Positions 1 through 11,900 of a DNA stretch of 64,000 bases are shown piece after piece (the stretch's first letter is position 1; each line of letters starts with the position of its first letter). Source of the DNA: Eledone cirrhosa (lineage: Eukaryota). The translations under genes were made by a program, and so were the position numbers. The notes under the pieces are model-generated. The model was not told where the DNA came from. It made no database searches and worked only from the letters and a program-made list of their open reading frames with translations. The stretch covers positions 114,266,001 through 114,330,000 of the forward strand of contig OZ024743.1 in NCBI GenBank assembly GCA_964016885.1, read 5' to 3'.

Positions 1-172
1 AAAAGTACGGAAGTAATAATGATAAATTTTACCCAGTGTTGGTTTTCAAATGCCCTCTGTGCTCTAAGGTGTGCCTTTGAAATACTGGCTTGAAGTCACA
101 CCAACGCGTCCATGATGGTAAAGTCTAAAATAGTTATTCCAACTTCGCTGCAGAGAATCAGTTCCAGTGCCT

Positions 173-257
<85 letters not shown>

Positions 258-391
258 CGAAGGAGGTGTGGTAAGGAACCAGAAGGACCATAACGCACCA
301 GAGTATACTTAGGGTAGTAGAGTGGGTCATAGGACTGGTCCAGAAATAGCCGTCGAAACGGCTTGAGCTCTGCCGTCGAGGTTAAAATTTT

Positions 392-434
<43 letters not shown>

Positions 435-1248
435 GGTTTTCCGAAGGGGATCGGAAAAAACCCACTAATCAAAACTGGTAACTCCCAGTATATATATATG
501 TATATATATATATATGTATATATATATATGTGTGTGTGTGGTGTGTGATGTGTGTGTGTGTGTGTGCGTGAGCGCGCATCTAGAACAGATTTCCTTGGTT
601 AAAAACACTAATTATTTAGATATATTGACAGATAAATATTTTTAAATTATTTTTAAATACAAGCAATTTATTTGTTTTCTTTTTGTGTTATTTCAACAGA
701 AAATGTCTTTTACAAAGTTATGTCAAGTTCACAATGATAAATTATTGAAATTCTATATAAATTCAGAGAATTAGAAAACTACCTATCTGGCTTTTTTTCA
801 ACCTTAAAAAACATAAACTTCAGTTACCAACATCACACCATATTTATAATTGAGTAGATTTTCCCTTTCCTAGATCTCACCACACCGATCATTGAGCACT
901 CAACCTCTTGCCAACCAGTAACTTCACCAAAAATCAAGAAGACTACCTCTTTCCAAGGCATCACCTCAACGATTATTGAGCACACTTCCTCTTTCTCAGG
1001 ACGTCGTATTTAACGAATTACCAAGAGAAAATGAAAATGAAGCAAGCAAAACAAAATCAACCAAATAAGCTAGATAAGTCATTTTAATTCCATGACTTTC
1101 TATAGAAGCTTTGTAATCTATCATTATGAACTCGAAATAACCTTCGTTAAATATATTTTCTCTCCAAATATGAGAAGAAAATAAATATAGATATTTTCTG
1201 CATCGAAAAAGAATTCCAATGCAAACATTAATATTCTCCCCTTCCTCT

Positions 1249-1290
<42 letters not shown>

Positions 1291-1554
1291 ATATATATAT
1301 ATATATATATATATTGTTATACTTTGGGAGAGTCATGTTACCAATAAGAAACACACGCACCAGTTGCATTCACTTCAATCTATAATAAATTTATAAATTT
1401 AGGAATTTATAAATAAATTTTTGGTTGTCAAAGTTCTTTCGTCACACATTCTGTGACCTCTTCTTATTGGCAACATGACCCTCCCAAAGTATAACAATAT
1501 CGGTTTCAACACACGATTTCAGATAAAGAATCTTGCCAAACAAATTCAAAAACG

Positions 1555-1587
<33 letters not shown>

Positions 1588-1667
1588 TATGTACAGATAT
1601 ATGTTATATGTACAGATATATGTTATATACACATACACACACGCATATATATATGTATAGATATATG

Positions 1668-1722
<55 letters not shown>

Positions 1723-2563
1723 AATAAACTGTACTTCTCGCATCGATGTATTTCTTGCTCCAACGCATTATCACCACAATTTACTTTCGAATTAATTATT
1801 TTTTTGTACATATATTTGATCTTCTCCTCTTTGGTAGCAAATTACTTATTAAAATGCTTCGTCTTCCAGGTGAATTCAGAAATTATATATATATGCATTT
1901 TATCAAACAGGTTGTGGTAAAATATGATCAAGTATCTTACAACATATATATTTTTTGCGAATGTATGTAAAATGCTTTTATGTGTATATTAACTGAGTTG
2001 CCGAAGCATAATATTTGTTTCGTTCTCATATCATTCCTAAGACATGAAACTAAAGTTGTAATTAAAAATGCTACATTTTTCAATTATCAAAAAATTTGTA
2101 ATAATTTATAGATATTTAGGCAGATTTATCAAATAATTCTTTCGGCGTTGCTCTTTAATGACACTTATTGCTTATATTATCAAATAATTAAGAAAACGTA
2201 AGTTACTTTTTTCCCACATGTTTGGCATGAAACAAAACATTGTAAAACAATCATACGACTGGGTAACTTCATATTTTGAATCAACTTCATATATCTATGA
2301 TTATATAATATCGCTTGTGTCTATTCACTCCCCACTTTTAATTTGAGAACAATGGAAGAGAATCTCTGAGTATGTGTAACAATAAAGGGAACGGGGTGAG
2401 AGACATAGTTAGTGAGGTAGTGAGGGATGAATGAGAGAAGAGAGAATGGGGTAGAAAGAGAAGTGGAGAGCGATATATATATATATATATATATATAGAT
2501 GTACAGACAGAAAAGAAGAGGGAGCGAATGAATAGAAGAAAGAGCGATATATATATATATATA

Positions 2564-2615
<52 letters not shown>

Positions 2616-2697
2616 TAGCTGAAATAATTAATAATTATAGAAAGAGGAATATAGATTATAACTGTTTCTACTTTAGGCACAAGGCCAGCAATTACCC

Positions 2698-3983
2698 ACG
2701 TCTACTTTACATTGTGGGCTGGGTGCTTTTTTGCCGTGCCACCTCCACAACCACCTTGCAGTGGGAGGGTGTGGGGGGATATTGTCTATATGCTTCAGAT
2801 TGTACCTATGGGAGGTCGGGTACTCTGTATTACTGCGTGACGCCAGAGGTCACGGTCGTGTGTCATCGCCTTTGAGAGGTGTAATTGGGTAAGGTCAGCT
2901 TTTATCACCTCATCCCAGGTCTTCTTGGGTCTCCCCACCCCGCGGTTTCCATTGACTTCTAGTGCTCTGCACCTTTTTATGCAGCTGTCATCCTTCATAC
3001 GCATCACATGTCCATACCAACGCAATCGCCTCTCTTGCACACAGCATTTGATTCCTCTTATGCTCAGTCTCTCTCTCAATTCACTTATGCTTTGCCGTTC
3101 GCGTATATTACTATTACACATCCATCGGAGCATGCAGGCTTTGTTTCTTTCTAATCTATGTAAGTCTTTCACCTTCAGCACCCAGGTCTCACTACCATGT
3201 AACATTGCTGTTTGGATACACGCATCATACAGTCTGCCTTTCATTCTGAGGGAGAAGCCTTTTGCAGCTAGCAGTGGCAGTAGTTCCCTGAACTTCTCTC
3301 ATCCCGTTCTTACCCTAGTTATTGTACTTTCTGAACACCCACCTCCGCTGCTAATTCGGTCACCTAGGTAGCAGAAGCTGTCTACTGTTTCTACAGAGCC
3401 CTCCCAGAGATTGGTGGTACTTGTTTCCTGTGTCTGTTTGCTGCTTGCTGTCCCAGCACAGCTGCTGCATGTGAAGCCTACATTCTTAATTAAGCTTCCT
3501 GAGATCCCACTACATCTCTTGTGTACCCATTGTTTGCATTTGGGGCAGAGAATGGAGTTCCTACCTACACCTTTCCTACATACTGAGCAAGGCCATTTCC
3601 GTGAGGGGATCTGGGTTCTGTTTTCTCGTCTACTTACAAGGACCTTAGTCTTTGTTATGTTGACTTTGAGACCCTTTCTTTCTAGTCCCTGCTTCCAAGT
3701 TTGGAATTTCTTCTCTAGTTCTACCATAGATTCAGCTATAAGTGCGAGGTCATCAGCATACAGGACTTCCCATGGGCATCCGGTCTTAAACTTCTCCGTT
3801 ATTGCCTGCAGGACTATGATGAACAGGAGAGGGCTAAGAACAGAGCCCTGGTGGACACCAACCTGTACGCTAAATTCCTCGCTATACTCATTGCTAATCC
3901 TAACTTTGCTGACTGCTCCCCTATACATGGCTTGTACAGCTTCCACAAGCCATTCATCTACTCCTAGTTTTCTAAGAGCCCAT
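2698..3983 (-). mobile_element. 5'-truncated RTE-clade LINE (RT, PHD-like finger, C-terminus, 3' UTR)
   Basis: WALRKLGVDEWLV...GVHQGSVLSPLLF...YADDLAL, then CSVC..CPKCKQWVHKRC..CSSC, FCYLGD and RRLRWYGHVMR...GRPKKTW. An in-frame TGA at 3299-3301 splits the two ORFs. The 5' end abuts (TA)n. Confidence 0.92.
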
Positions 3984-4048
<65 letters not shown>

Positions 4049-4755
4049 GTGGATTTCCGACTATGAGTATTGCACAGAACTGCCTGCTCATGAAATTAAC
4101 ATGTAAGTGACTGAGCATTCCATAGACATGTGCATCCTTAACATAGTTCTCAGGGAGATTCAGTGTGACACTTGAATTACAGGTACAACTCATTTTTGGT
4201 AGGTAATTGGACTGCAGCAATGTGAAGTAAAGCATCTTGCTCAAGGACACAACGCACTGTTGACCGCCTCCTCCCTCCTCTCTGGTCCAGGAATCAAACC
4301 ATACGATCATGAGATGAACACCCTAACTAATAAACCGTGCTTTAGCTAAGCATTCTTAAGTTGCCTCCCTTTACCTTTATAAATATTTTCATTTAGCTCA
4401 CACTGTAAATGTGGTTGGTGTTAGGAAGGGTAGCCAGCTGTAGAAACCAAGCCAAAATCAGTTCTGTGTGAGCGAAACATGGTCCCCCAACCTGATCTCT
4501 CACAAGGGACAGCCCGTCCTACCTATGCTAGTGTGGAAAATGGACGTTAAAAGATGATGATGATGCCACCCCCAGAGAAAGATAGTCACCCCGTGAGAGA
4601 AGACATGGAATGGGTGGTAGTAAGCAAAGGTACCATTTAGAAGCAACATGGAATCTACAGATGGGTATGAGCAACATGTGGGTCACATGACCTTGCTTAT
4701 CTCATTTACTGACAACCCTCCTCTAACCCATGCAAGCATAGAAAGTGGACATTAA

Positions 4756-5130
4756 ATGATGATGATGGTGATTACGGTGGTGGTGGTGGTGGTGATGATG
4801 GTGGTTACGGTGGTGGTGGTGGTGGTGATGATGGTGGTATTGATGACAATGATGGTGGTGGTGGTGATGATGATCTTGGTGGTATTGATGACAATGGTGG
4901 TGGTGGTATTGATGACAATGGTGGTGGAGATGACAATGGTGGTGGTGATGATTGTGGTATTCATGACAATGGTGGTGGTGGTGGTGGTGGTATTGATGAC
5001 AATGGTGGTGGTGGTGATGATGGTATTGATGACAATGATGGTGGTGGTGGTAATGATGATGATGACTGGTGGTGGTGGTATTGATGACAATGGTGGCGGT
5101 GGTGGAGATGATCTTGGTGGTGGTGGTGCT
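4756..5130. repeat. GGT/GAT trinucleotide-derived repeat extending from a repeat tail
   Basis: ggtattgatgacaatggtggt units following aagtggacattaaatgatgatg. Confidence 0.85.
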
Positions 5131-6091
5131 GCTGATAGTTCTAGCAGGAGAGTGCTTCAAAAGAGAGGACAGGAAAAATAGCATCCTAACTCCGAAGCAG
5201 CACAAAAGAAATCCATTGTTTGAGAGGAGAAATCAAAGTTTTCAAAAAAAGCAGTACAAGGTAGCCCTGACAGGGAAAGAGCATGCCTCAAGGATCTGAC
5301 AGGTCCACCCCGGAAACATCTCTTCAGACTCCTGAAGAGCAGAAAGAACTCAGAGGCAAAAGAGAGAGAGAAAGGAAAAGGGCTCAATTTATTACAAAAT
5401 ATTCAAAAACAACATCACCAATACAGGAAGGCAGACAGAGGGATGGCTAAAGAGAATTGTGAAATCAAGGCTCCCAGGTACGTTTAATCTTTAGGATGCT
5501 GAATTACTTCCCTTGAAACTGCATTTTGTATTGGTGACATAAGGCGCCTAGAGCACACTGAAAGTTAAAACATGGCTTTACCTGACTGACTTGTTGCCGA
5601 GACTTATATGGTGATTATATGTGTATTGAGGTTGTAATGTCAAGGGTGGAGAGCAATAATAACAAATACCTCCAACAGTGGTTGGTAATCCCTCCAAGCT
5701 TCACTAAAGTTGGCTTCTACATAAGATTAGGACAGCTCCAGCTTCACCTGTCATCTGTGTTGGATGGAGGAATTGAAGGTGGAAAAGTGCAGAGTAACAA
5801 TGATGTTGAAGGACACACACGTGTTACAACAAGGCCAGGACACAAATGGACAGTTAACGATACTGTTACACAAGTGGTAAAAGCTTAACTGTAGGGCAGA
5901 AAAGTTTGTCTCAAGGTTACAAGCTCACCAGGCTAGTGCTTATCTCAGTTTTCATGGCGTTAAGCAACTGAAAGTACAAGACTTCCCCCTAGATATGACC
6001 CCAGCTCATCACAAGATTAAACCTCCAGCTATTGCTGGTGGTACTTATTTTCAAGTGAATATATTGAAGCCACATGAAATAAAGTGTTTTG

Positions 6092-6365
6092 CTCAACTGG
6101 TACTTCATTTTAGTAAACCTCAACTGGTACTTTATTTTATTGAACCTGTGGTAAACCTCAACTGGTACTTTATTTTATTAACCCTGTGGTAAACCTTAAA
6201 TGGTACTTTATTTTATTAACCCTCAAATGGTACTTTATTTTATTAACCCTGTGGTAAACTTCAAATGGTACTTTATTTTATTAACCCTGTGGCAAACCAC
6301 AAATGGTACTTTATTTTATTGAACCAGTGGTAAACCTCAAATGGTACTTTATTTTATTGAACCAA
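6092..6365. repeat. Minisatellite of about 38 bp amplified from a SINE core
   Basis: aaacctcaa(c/a)tggtactttattttatt(g)aaccctgtggt repeated about 7 times; the motif matches the reverse SINE core and continues into SINE sequence at 6365-6420. Confidence 0.85.
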
Positions 6366-6648
6366 GAAGAATGCAAAACAAAGTTCACCTTAGCATGGTT
6401 TGAACTCAGAATATAAATAATCAGAACAAATGTCATATACCATTAAGATTTTCCCAATCCTCTCTTCTATTACACTTCTCTTATATTATTACACTTTACT
6501 GATAAAATAGTTCCTGCCTGATTCAAGCAGCAATTGAAAGGTTTTCTATAGATTTTTTTTCCTACTTTAATTCAAACATTTTAAATGCATTAATATTAAA
6601 TTAGTATCTCACCTTGTTTCTTGTCATCATAAAAAAAAAATTGTTTTC

Positions 6649-6970
6649 TACATTATACAGGTTTCCACCACAGTTGCACGCTATCTAAGGTTTCAAAGCC
6701 TACTCTAGCATAGGTCTTAGAGACCATACATTATACAGGTTTCCACCACAGTTGCACGCTACTTCAGGTTTCAAAGCCTATCTGGCATAGGTCTTAGAGA
6801 TCATACATTATACAGGTTTCCACCACAGTTGCACGCTACCTCAGGTTTCAAAGCCTATCTGGCATAGCTCTTAGAGACCATACATTATACAGGTTTCCAC
6901 CACAGTTGCATGCTACCTCAGGTTTCAAAGCTTATTCTACAATAGGTCTTAGAGACCATACATTATACAG
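6649..6970. repeat. Minisatellite, 4 x 77-78 bp
   Basis: cattatacag recurs at 6651, 6729, 6806, 6883 and 6961. Confidence 0.95.
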
Positions 6971-7799
6971 ATTTCTTTAAATTTTGTAAATGAAAAGAAA
7001 AAGAGTACTCCAGCATGACCTCAGCCTGTCAGCTGGAACACAAAACAGAGTAATAAAGTAGGACAAATAGAGTGATTAAACTTTCCCTAATTAAAAAAAA
7101 GTCTTAATATTTCAAAGATTATCAGTAAATACACAAAAACTCAGATAAACATAAATTGTACGTTTTATTCAGTTAAAATTATATTATAAAGCCATTAAGT
7201 AAGAACTAGATTAAAACCCTGTCAATGATTTTTGTCTTTATTTTGACTGAACAGAAAGATGAATTTCATAGGTACACAAGTAAAGTCCAGTGTGAACATT
7301 ATATTAACATAAGTATACAATTAAAAAAAGGAACGATCGACTTTCATCAAATTGGACCGAGGAAACCATGTTTCCATTGGTCTTTCCAGTTGCTAGTACT
7401 ATCTATGCAATTAAAATAGTTCCAATACCTACGGTTTTTAATCATCGTCATAGTGGTTATTAAAAAACACAAAACTACAAAATGTTTCTAACATTATTAG
7501 TTAAAAAGATGAAGATACATCTTTCCAAATGAGGTTATTGGTTATATCTTAGTTCACAAATTATTTTATTAAACAACAACAAAAAGATTTCATGCTTTTT
7601 TTTCTTTTAAAGAGAAAAAAAACAAACTAAATTCTACATTATAAAGACATCATATCACATCAGTAAGAGTGTTTTAATAAAGCAATTTAGTAACACTTTA
7701 ATGTGATTTATTATTGGAATATATATATGAAAGAAATAGTAATTCAGTAAAGGTTAATATTTCATATCAAATCTGAATAGACATAGATTCATTTTTTAA

Positions 7800-8165
7800 C
7801 CCTTTAATGTTCAAACCGGCCAAAATTTTCTACCTCTTTCTGTTGAAACTGGCTGTAACTGGTCGCTCAAACTGATGTTAAAGTATTGTTCTCAAAATAA
7901 ATACTTTCAAAATCTCATAGATTCTATATTATGTGAGATAATTATGTGAGGTAAAGCCATTACCATGAAAATATAATAGTATATATAGAATAATGTGAAT
8001 GCTAAGGGGTTAAACTGGCCATATCTGGCCAGAATTCTCTCACCCCTTTCTCTTCAAACTGGCTGTAACTGGCCACTCATACTGACATTAAAGTATTGTT
8101 CTCAAAATAAATAATATTACTGTGAAATACAATAGTTTATATAGAGCAATATAAATACTAAAAGG
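7800..8165. mobile_element. piggyBac-type MITE, one full copy (7800-8009) and a partial tandem copy, immediately 3' of the ZNFX1 stop
   Basis: TTAA|CCCTTTA...TAAGGGG|TTAA, then an internal repeat ending TAAAAGG|TTAA. Confidence 0.65.
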
Positions 8166-8280
8166 TTAAACAGATAAAATTGTATATTTCAATCTACTAA
8201 ATCAGAATTTAAAAATAATAATGGTATTCAGTGATTCCATGTAATTTATTTCCTCCCTAGTTTTGAACTGAAAGTTTATA

Positions 8281-8459
8281 TTAACCTAAATCCAAGTTTG
8301 CAGCATTAGACCAGGCAGCGTGAGATGCTCCATCCATTTCAGGAGCCAATGTATTACTTGCTACTAACTGATGAGTATTGCCACCTATTTCACATTTACA
8401 GTCAGGACAAACAGATTTCTCCATAGCACCGCCACAGTCTCCAATAGCATAAACATGAC
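8281..8459 (-). CDS. ZNFX1: Final coding exon of ZNFX1 encoding the RZ (RNF213-ZNFX1) finger C-terminus; absent from the ORF track
   Basis: After acceptor ttttgtttcAG (8460-8461) it reads (G)HVYAIGDCGGAMEKSVCPDCKCEIGGNTHQLVASNTLAPEMDGASHAAWSNAANLDLG*, the conserved ZNFX1 C-terminus. Stop TAA at 8281-8283. Confidence 0.93.
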
Positions 8460-8968
8460 CTGAAACAAAATTTTGATATCAATTTAAAAAAAACTATAGA
8501 AGTTCAATTGTTAACATGGTATAACGTGTAAGTTGAACTTATACATTACAAAATTTTGACACGAAAAGATTACTACACAATACTTTCTTCGTGTATAATC
8601 CAACTCTTCTTCTTTGCCTACTTATTCCTGAGAGGGTCATGGGGGGGGGAGGGGGGTCCTCAAACACTCCTTCCAGCAACTGTCTCCAATTGATCCGGCT
8701 TGGGATCCACAAATGAGACCAGCTAAGCTCATGGAAATGTCGTCCAGATTTTTTGCTTGGGGTCTATCCCTGGGTCTCTCTTACGTGGTCGCTGGGAGGG
8801 GGGGGGGGTTAAGAATCTCTGCATTAGATAATGTAGTCATTGAATGATAGTGAAAGGGATGCATGGAGAAGCAGGAAGAAGAATTTTCAAGAGAGTAAAT
8901 TCTAAAGGCTTTATACTAACAGAAAACAGGACATACTTCCAAGAAATTGTATTTTATCATAAAGAAAA

Positions 8969-11900
8969 TTAACTATTCACTACGTTTTTACATTTAAACC
9001 ATTGTCCTTTTCGCAGCTGCAAAGCATCTAAAATTTCAATTTTTTCTTTCTGGGAAATATTCAAACCAGGTTTCAATGTTTTTACTTCATCTAGAATTGT
9101 TTTAATATTTGAATTCTTTTCTTCTGAATAAAATCCTTCTAAATATACATATGCTTTTTTTAACACATGCAAAATATCAGGCAATTGTTTCAATTCATTC
9201 TGAGTATCTTCTACAATCTGAAGTGTTTGGAGACGTAGGACTTCATATTTTAAATCCTTCAGTTCTTGGGGAGTAAATCTCTTCTTATGATTTGTAAGCC
9301 ATGTGACTAAATAATCAGAAGAAATTTTCAATTTTGATAAAACTTCTAAAAACTGAACCTTACTTTTCATGGAGATTAAGTCTTCTTCAGATCTTATCTT
9401 TATGTTTAACAATTTCTTTAAAAATGGCTTTGACTTGATAAAGGTTTTAAAAAATTCAGAAACTTTCCTAGGATCTGCATTCAGTTTTTGTTTTACTTCT
9501 TCAATATCATCTAAGGTCTTATTGATAAGATTGCCATATCGCTGATTACGTCTGATTGGGATTTTACACTTTGGACAACATTTTAGCTGAATTTCAGAAT
9601 TAACAACATCAATTGTCATCCAGTGATCTAAACCATTTACTTCAAAAACATGCTTACAATCTTGAAGTTGAACAAAACGCGTTCCATCTTCATCTTCATT
9701 TCCAAAAAATATCTCTTTAAGCTGAGCTCCATGGCAAATTGAACATAAATTAGGACATTGTTCTCCACAAAGACCAACACACTGGTGACCACATTTAAGC
9801 AATTTGTTGCATGGTTCCTTACATGCTGGACGATCACAGGGTTCATAACATAATTTGCTGCAACTGTAATGGGCACACTTCCAGTTACATGGTTCGACAC
9901 ACACTTCACAAGGTTCTCCACATTTCTTTTTACATTCATTGTGTACACATTTGTTTTCACAACGCATTTCACAAGGTAAACAGGAAGAACAATCTTTAGT
10001 TTGACATTTGTGACCGCAGATTAAAATTCTTGTGCACCCTTCATCACATGGTTTGTGAATATGAGTATTGTTACATTGAGAACAGTATCCTTTGCAAGTA
10101 TGTTCACAGTCAAGAATTTTGTTACAGGTTACAAAACATTTATCTTTTTTATAACATTCTGTATTTGAAGTATGACCAAGAGGACATTTATTAACAATTA
10201 TTTGGGGACAATTCTCCAAACACGACTCTCCACATGTATTGAGACATTTGTGACCACAAGCAAGTTCTCTTGGGCATGGTTCCTTACATATAAAAAGAAA
10301 AGGATTTTCTGAACATAACATCTCTTGAATGTGAAGGCAATTTGGCACTTCTTTTGAAACTTTAGTCTGGCATGGTTTACATTTTTCTGAACAGGATTTT
10401 AAACATGGATGGTTACAGTCAGGAACAATTCTTACACACTTTTTAAGACACATAGTGTTTTTGTGTTCTTTATCATAAGGATGACACATTAATGTACAAG
10501 TATGGCCACAATCCAGGCGTGTGTTACATGGCTTTAAACATCCACCTTCCGGTACCCGAGAAAAGTCTTCAAGTGATGCCACTTCTGCAAACGTACCAGG
10601 ATGGTTCTCACATTTCAACATCATTGCATCAACAAGTAATCTTTTCTCCTCTAACGATAACAAAATGCCTGCCCACAGTGGACTATTTCTAGCAAAAAGC
10701 TGAAAATTTCCAATGACATATAAACCTTTCTTTGCCCTTGATAATGCAACACATACTCTGTTATCAATTTTGAGATATCCAATTGAATCATGGTCATTAC
10801 TTCTGACTAAAGATAATAAAATTATGTCGTTTTCTTCTCCTTGGTAGTTATCAACAACGCTGACTCTCACATCCTCACATAATCGTTGTTCTTTAACCAA
10901 TTTCTTTATATAAAACAACTGTCCTAGATATGTTGTTAGTATAGTGATTTGGGAACTCTCATAATCTTGTTTTCGCAAATAACAACATAGTTGAATGTTA
11001 AATGAAGCTTCGTATGGATTGATTTTACTTTTAGTAAATGTTACTTCGTTTTCTGCATGACTGTGATTAATGAAATATAAATTTTGGTTAATTCCACGTA
11101 TGTTTTCATACTGCGTTACTGACTCATGATTTTGTAACCCTGGATAAATTGGATGAACTAATTCTGCAATTTCAGGCCTCATACGATGTTGATCAGTAAG
11201 ACATTTTACTTCGATATTATTATTAAACATCCGTTCAAAGAGAGAAACATCCAAATTGTAGTATTTTGCAAGTTTATATACATTTGTAGACGGTTGTAGT
11301 TGTTTGTGGTCACCAATTAGAATAAGTTGTTCACAGCTGCGATTTAAACTTGTTATAATATGAGCCTCAAGAATTTCTGCAGCTTCTTCTACGATTATAA
11401 TTCGTGGTTGGAGTTCTTGAAGGATTGCTCGATATCTAGCAGCACCTGTAGTTGTCATTCCAATAATCAAAGAATTACCTAAGATGGTTTTATCTTCTTC
11501 ATATCTCAGCTCTTCCAATCTCTTTGCAGCCACGTTGAATTTTGTTGCTAAATCAAAAAGATCTTCTAATAATTTTGATGAATACAGAGATAGCCAATAA
11601 CGGTAAAGGCACCAACGTTTTGAAACAGGCATTATCCACAAATCACTATTACTGATTAAATTAATTTTTTCAACAGACATAATTTCTTCTGCGTTTAATT
11701 CTCTTCTAAGTTGTGCCCTCAACTTTTTCATTTCTTTAGCTGGTCTTTGAAATCCATCTTCATCAACTAAATTAACACCTTCATTAATTTCACCAACAAA
11801 AACAAATTTCCTTTTAAATCTTGCTTGATGTAAATCGTTAATATCTCTATCGAGCATACGGTCTTCTTGAAGGAAATCAACATCACGCATAGACTCATTA

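Noticed and set aside
6092-6970. Regularly spaced repeats resembling a CRISPR array
   Set aside because: Units are contiguous with no unique spacers, no cas genes are present and the context is eukaryotic; these are minisatellites.
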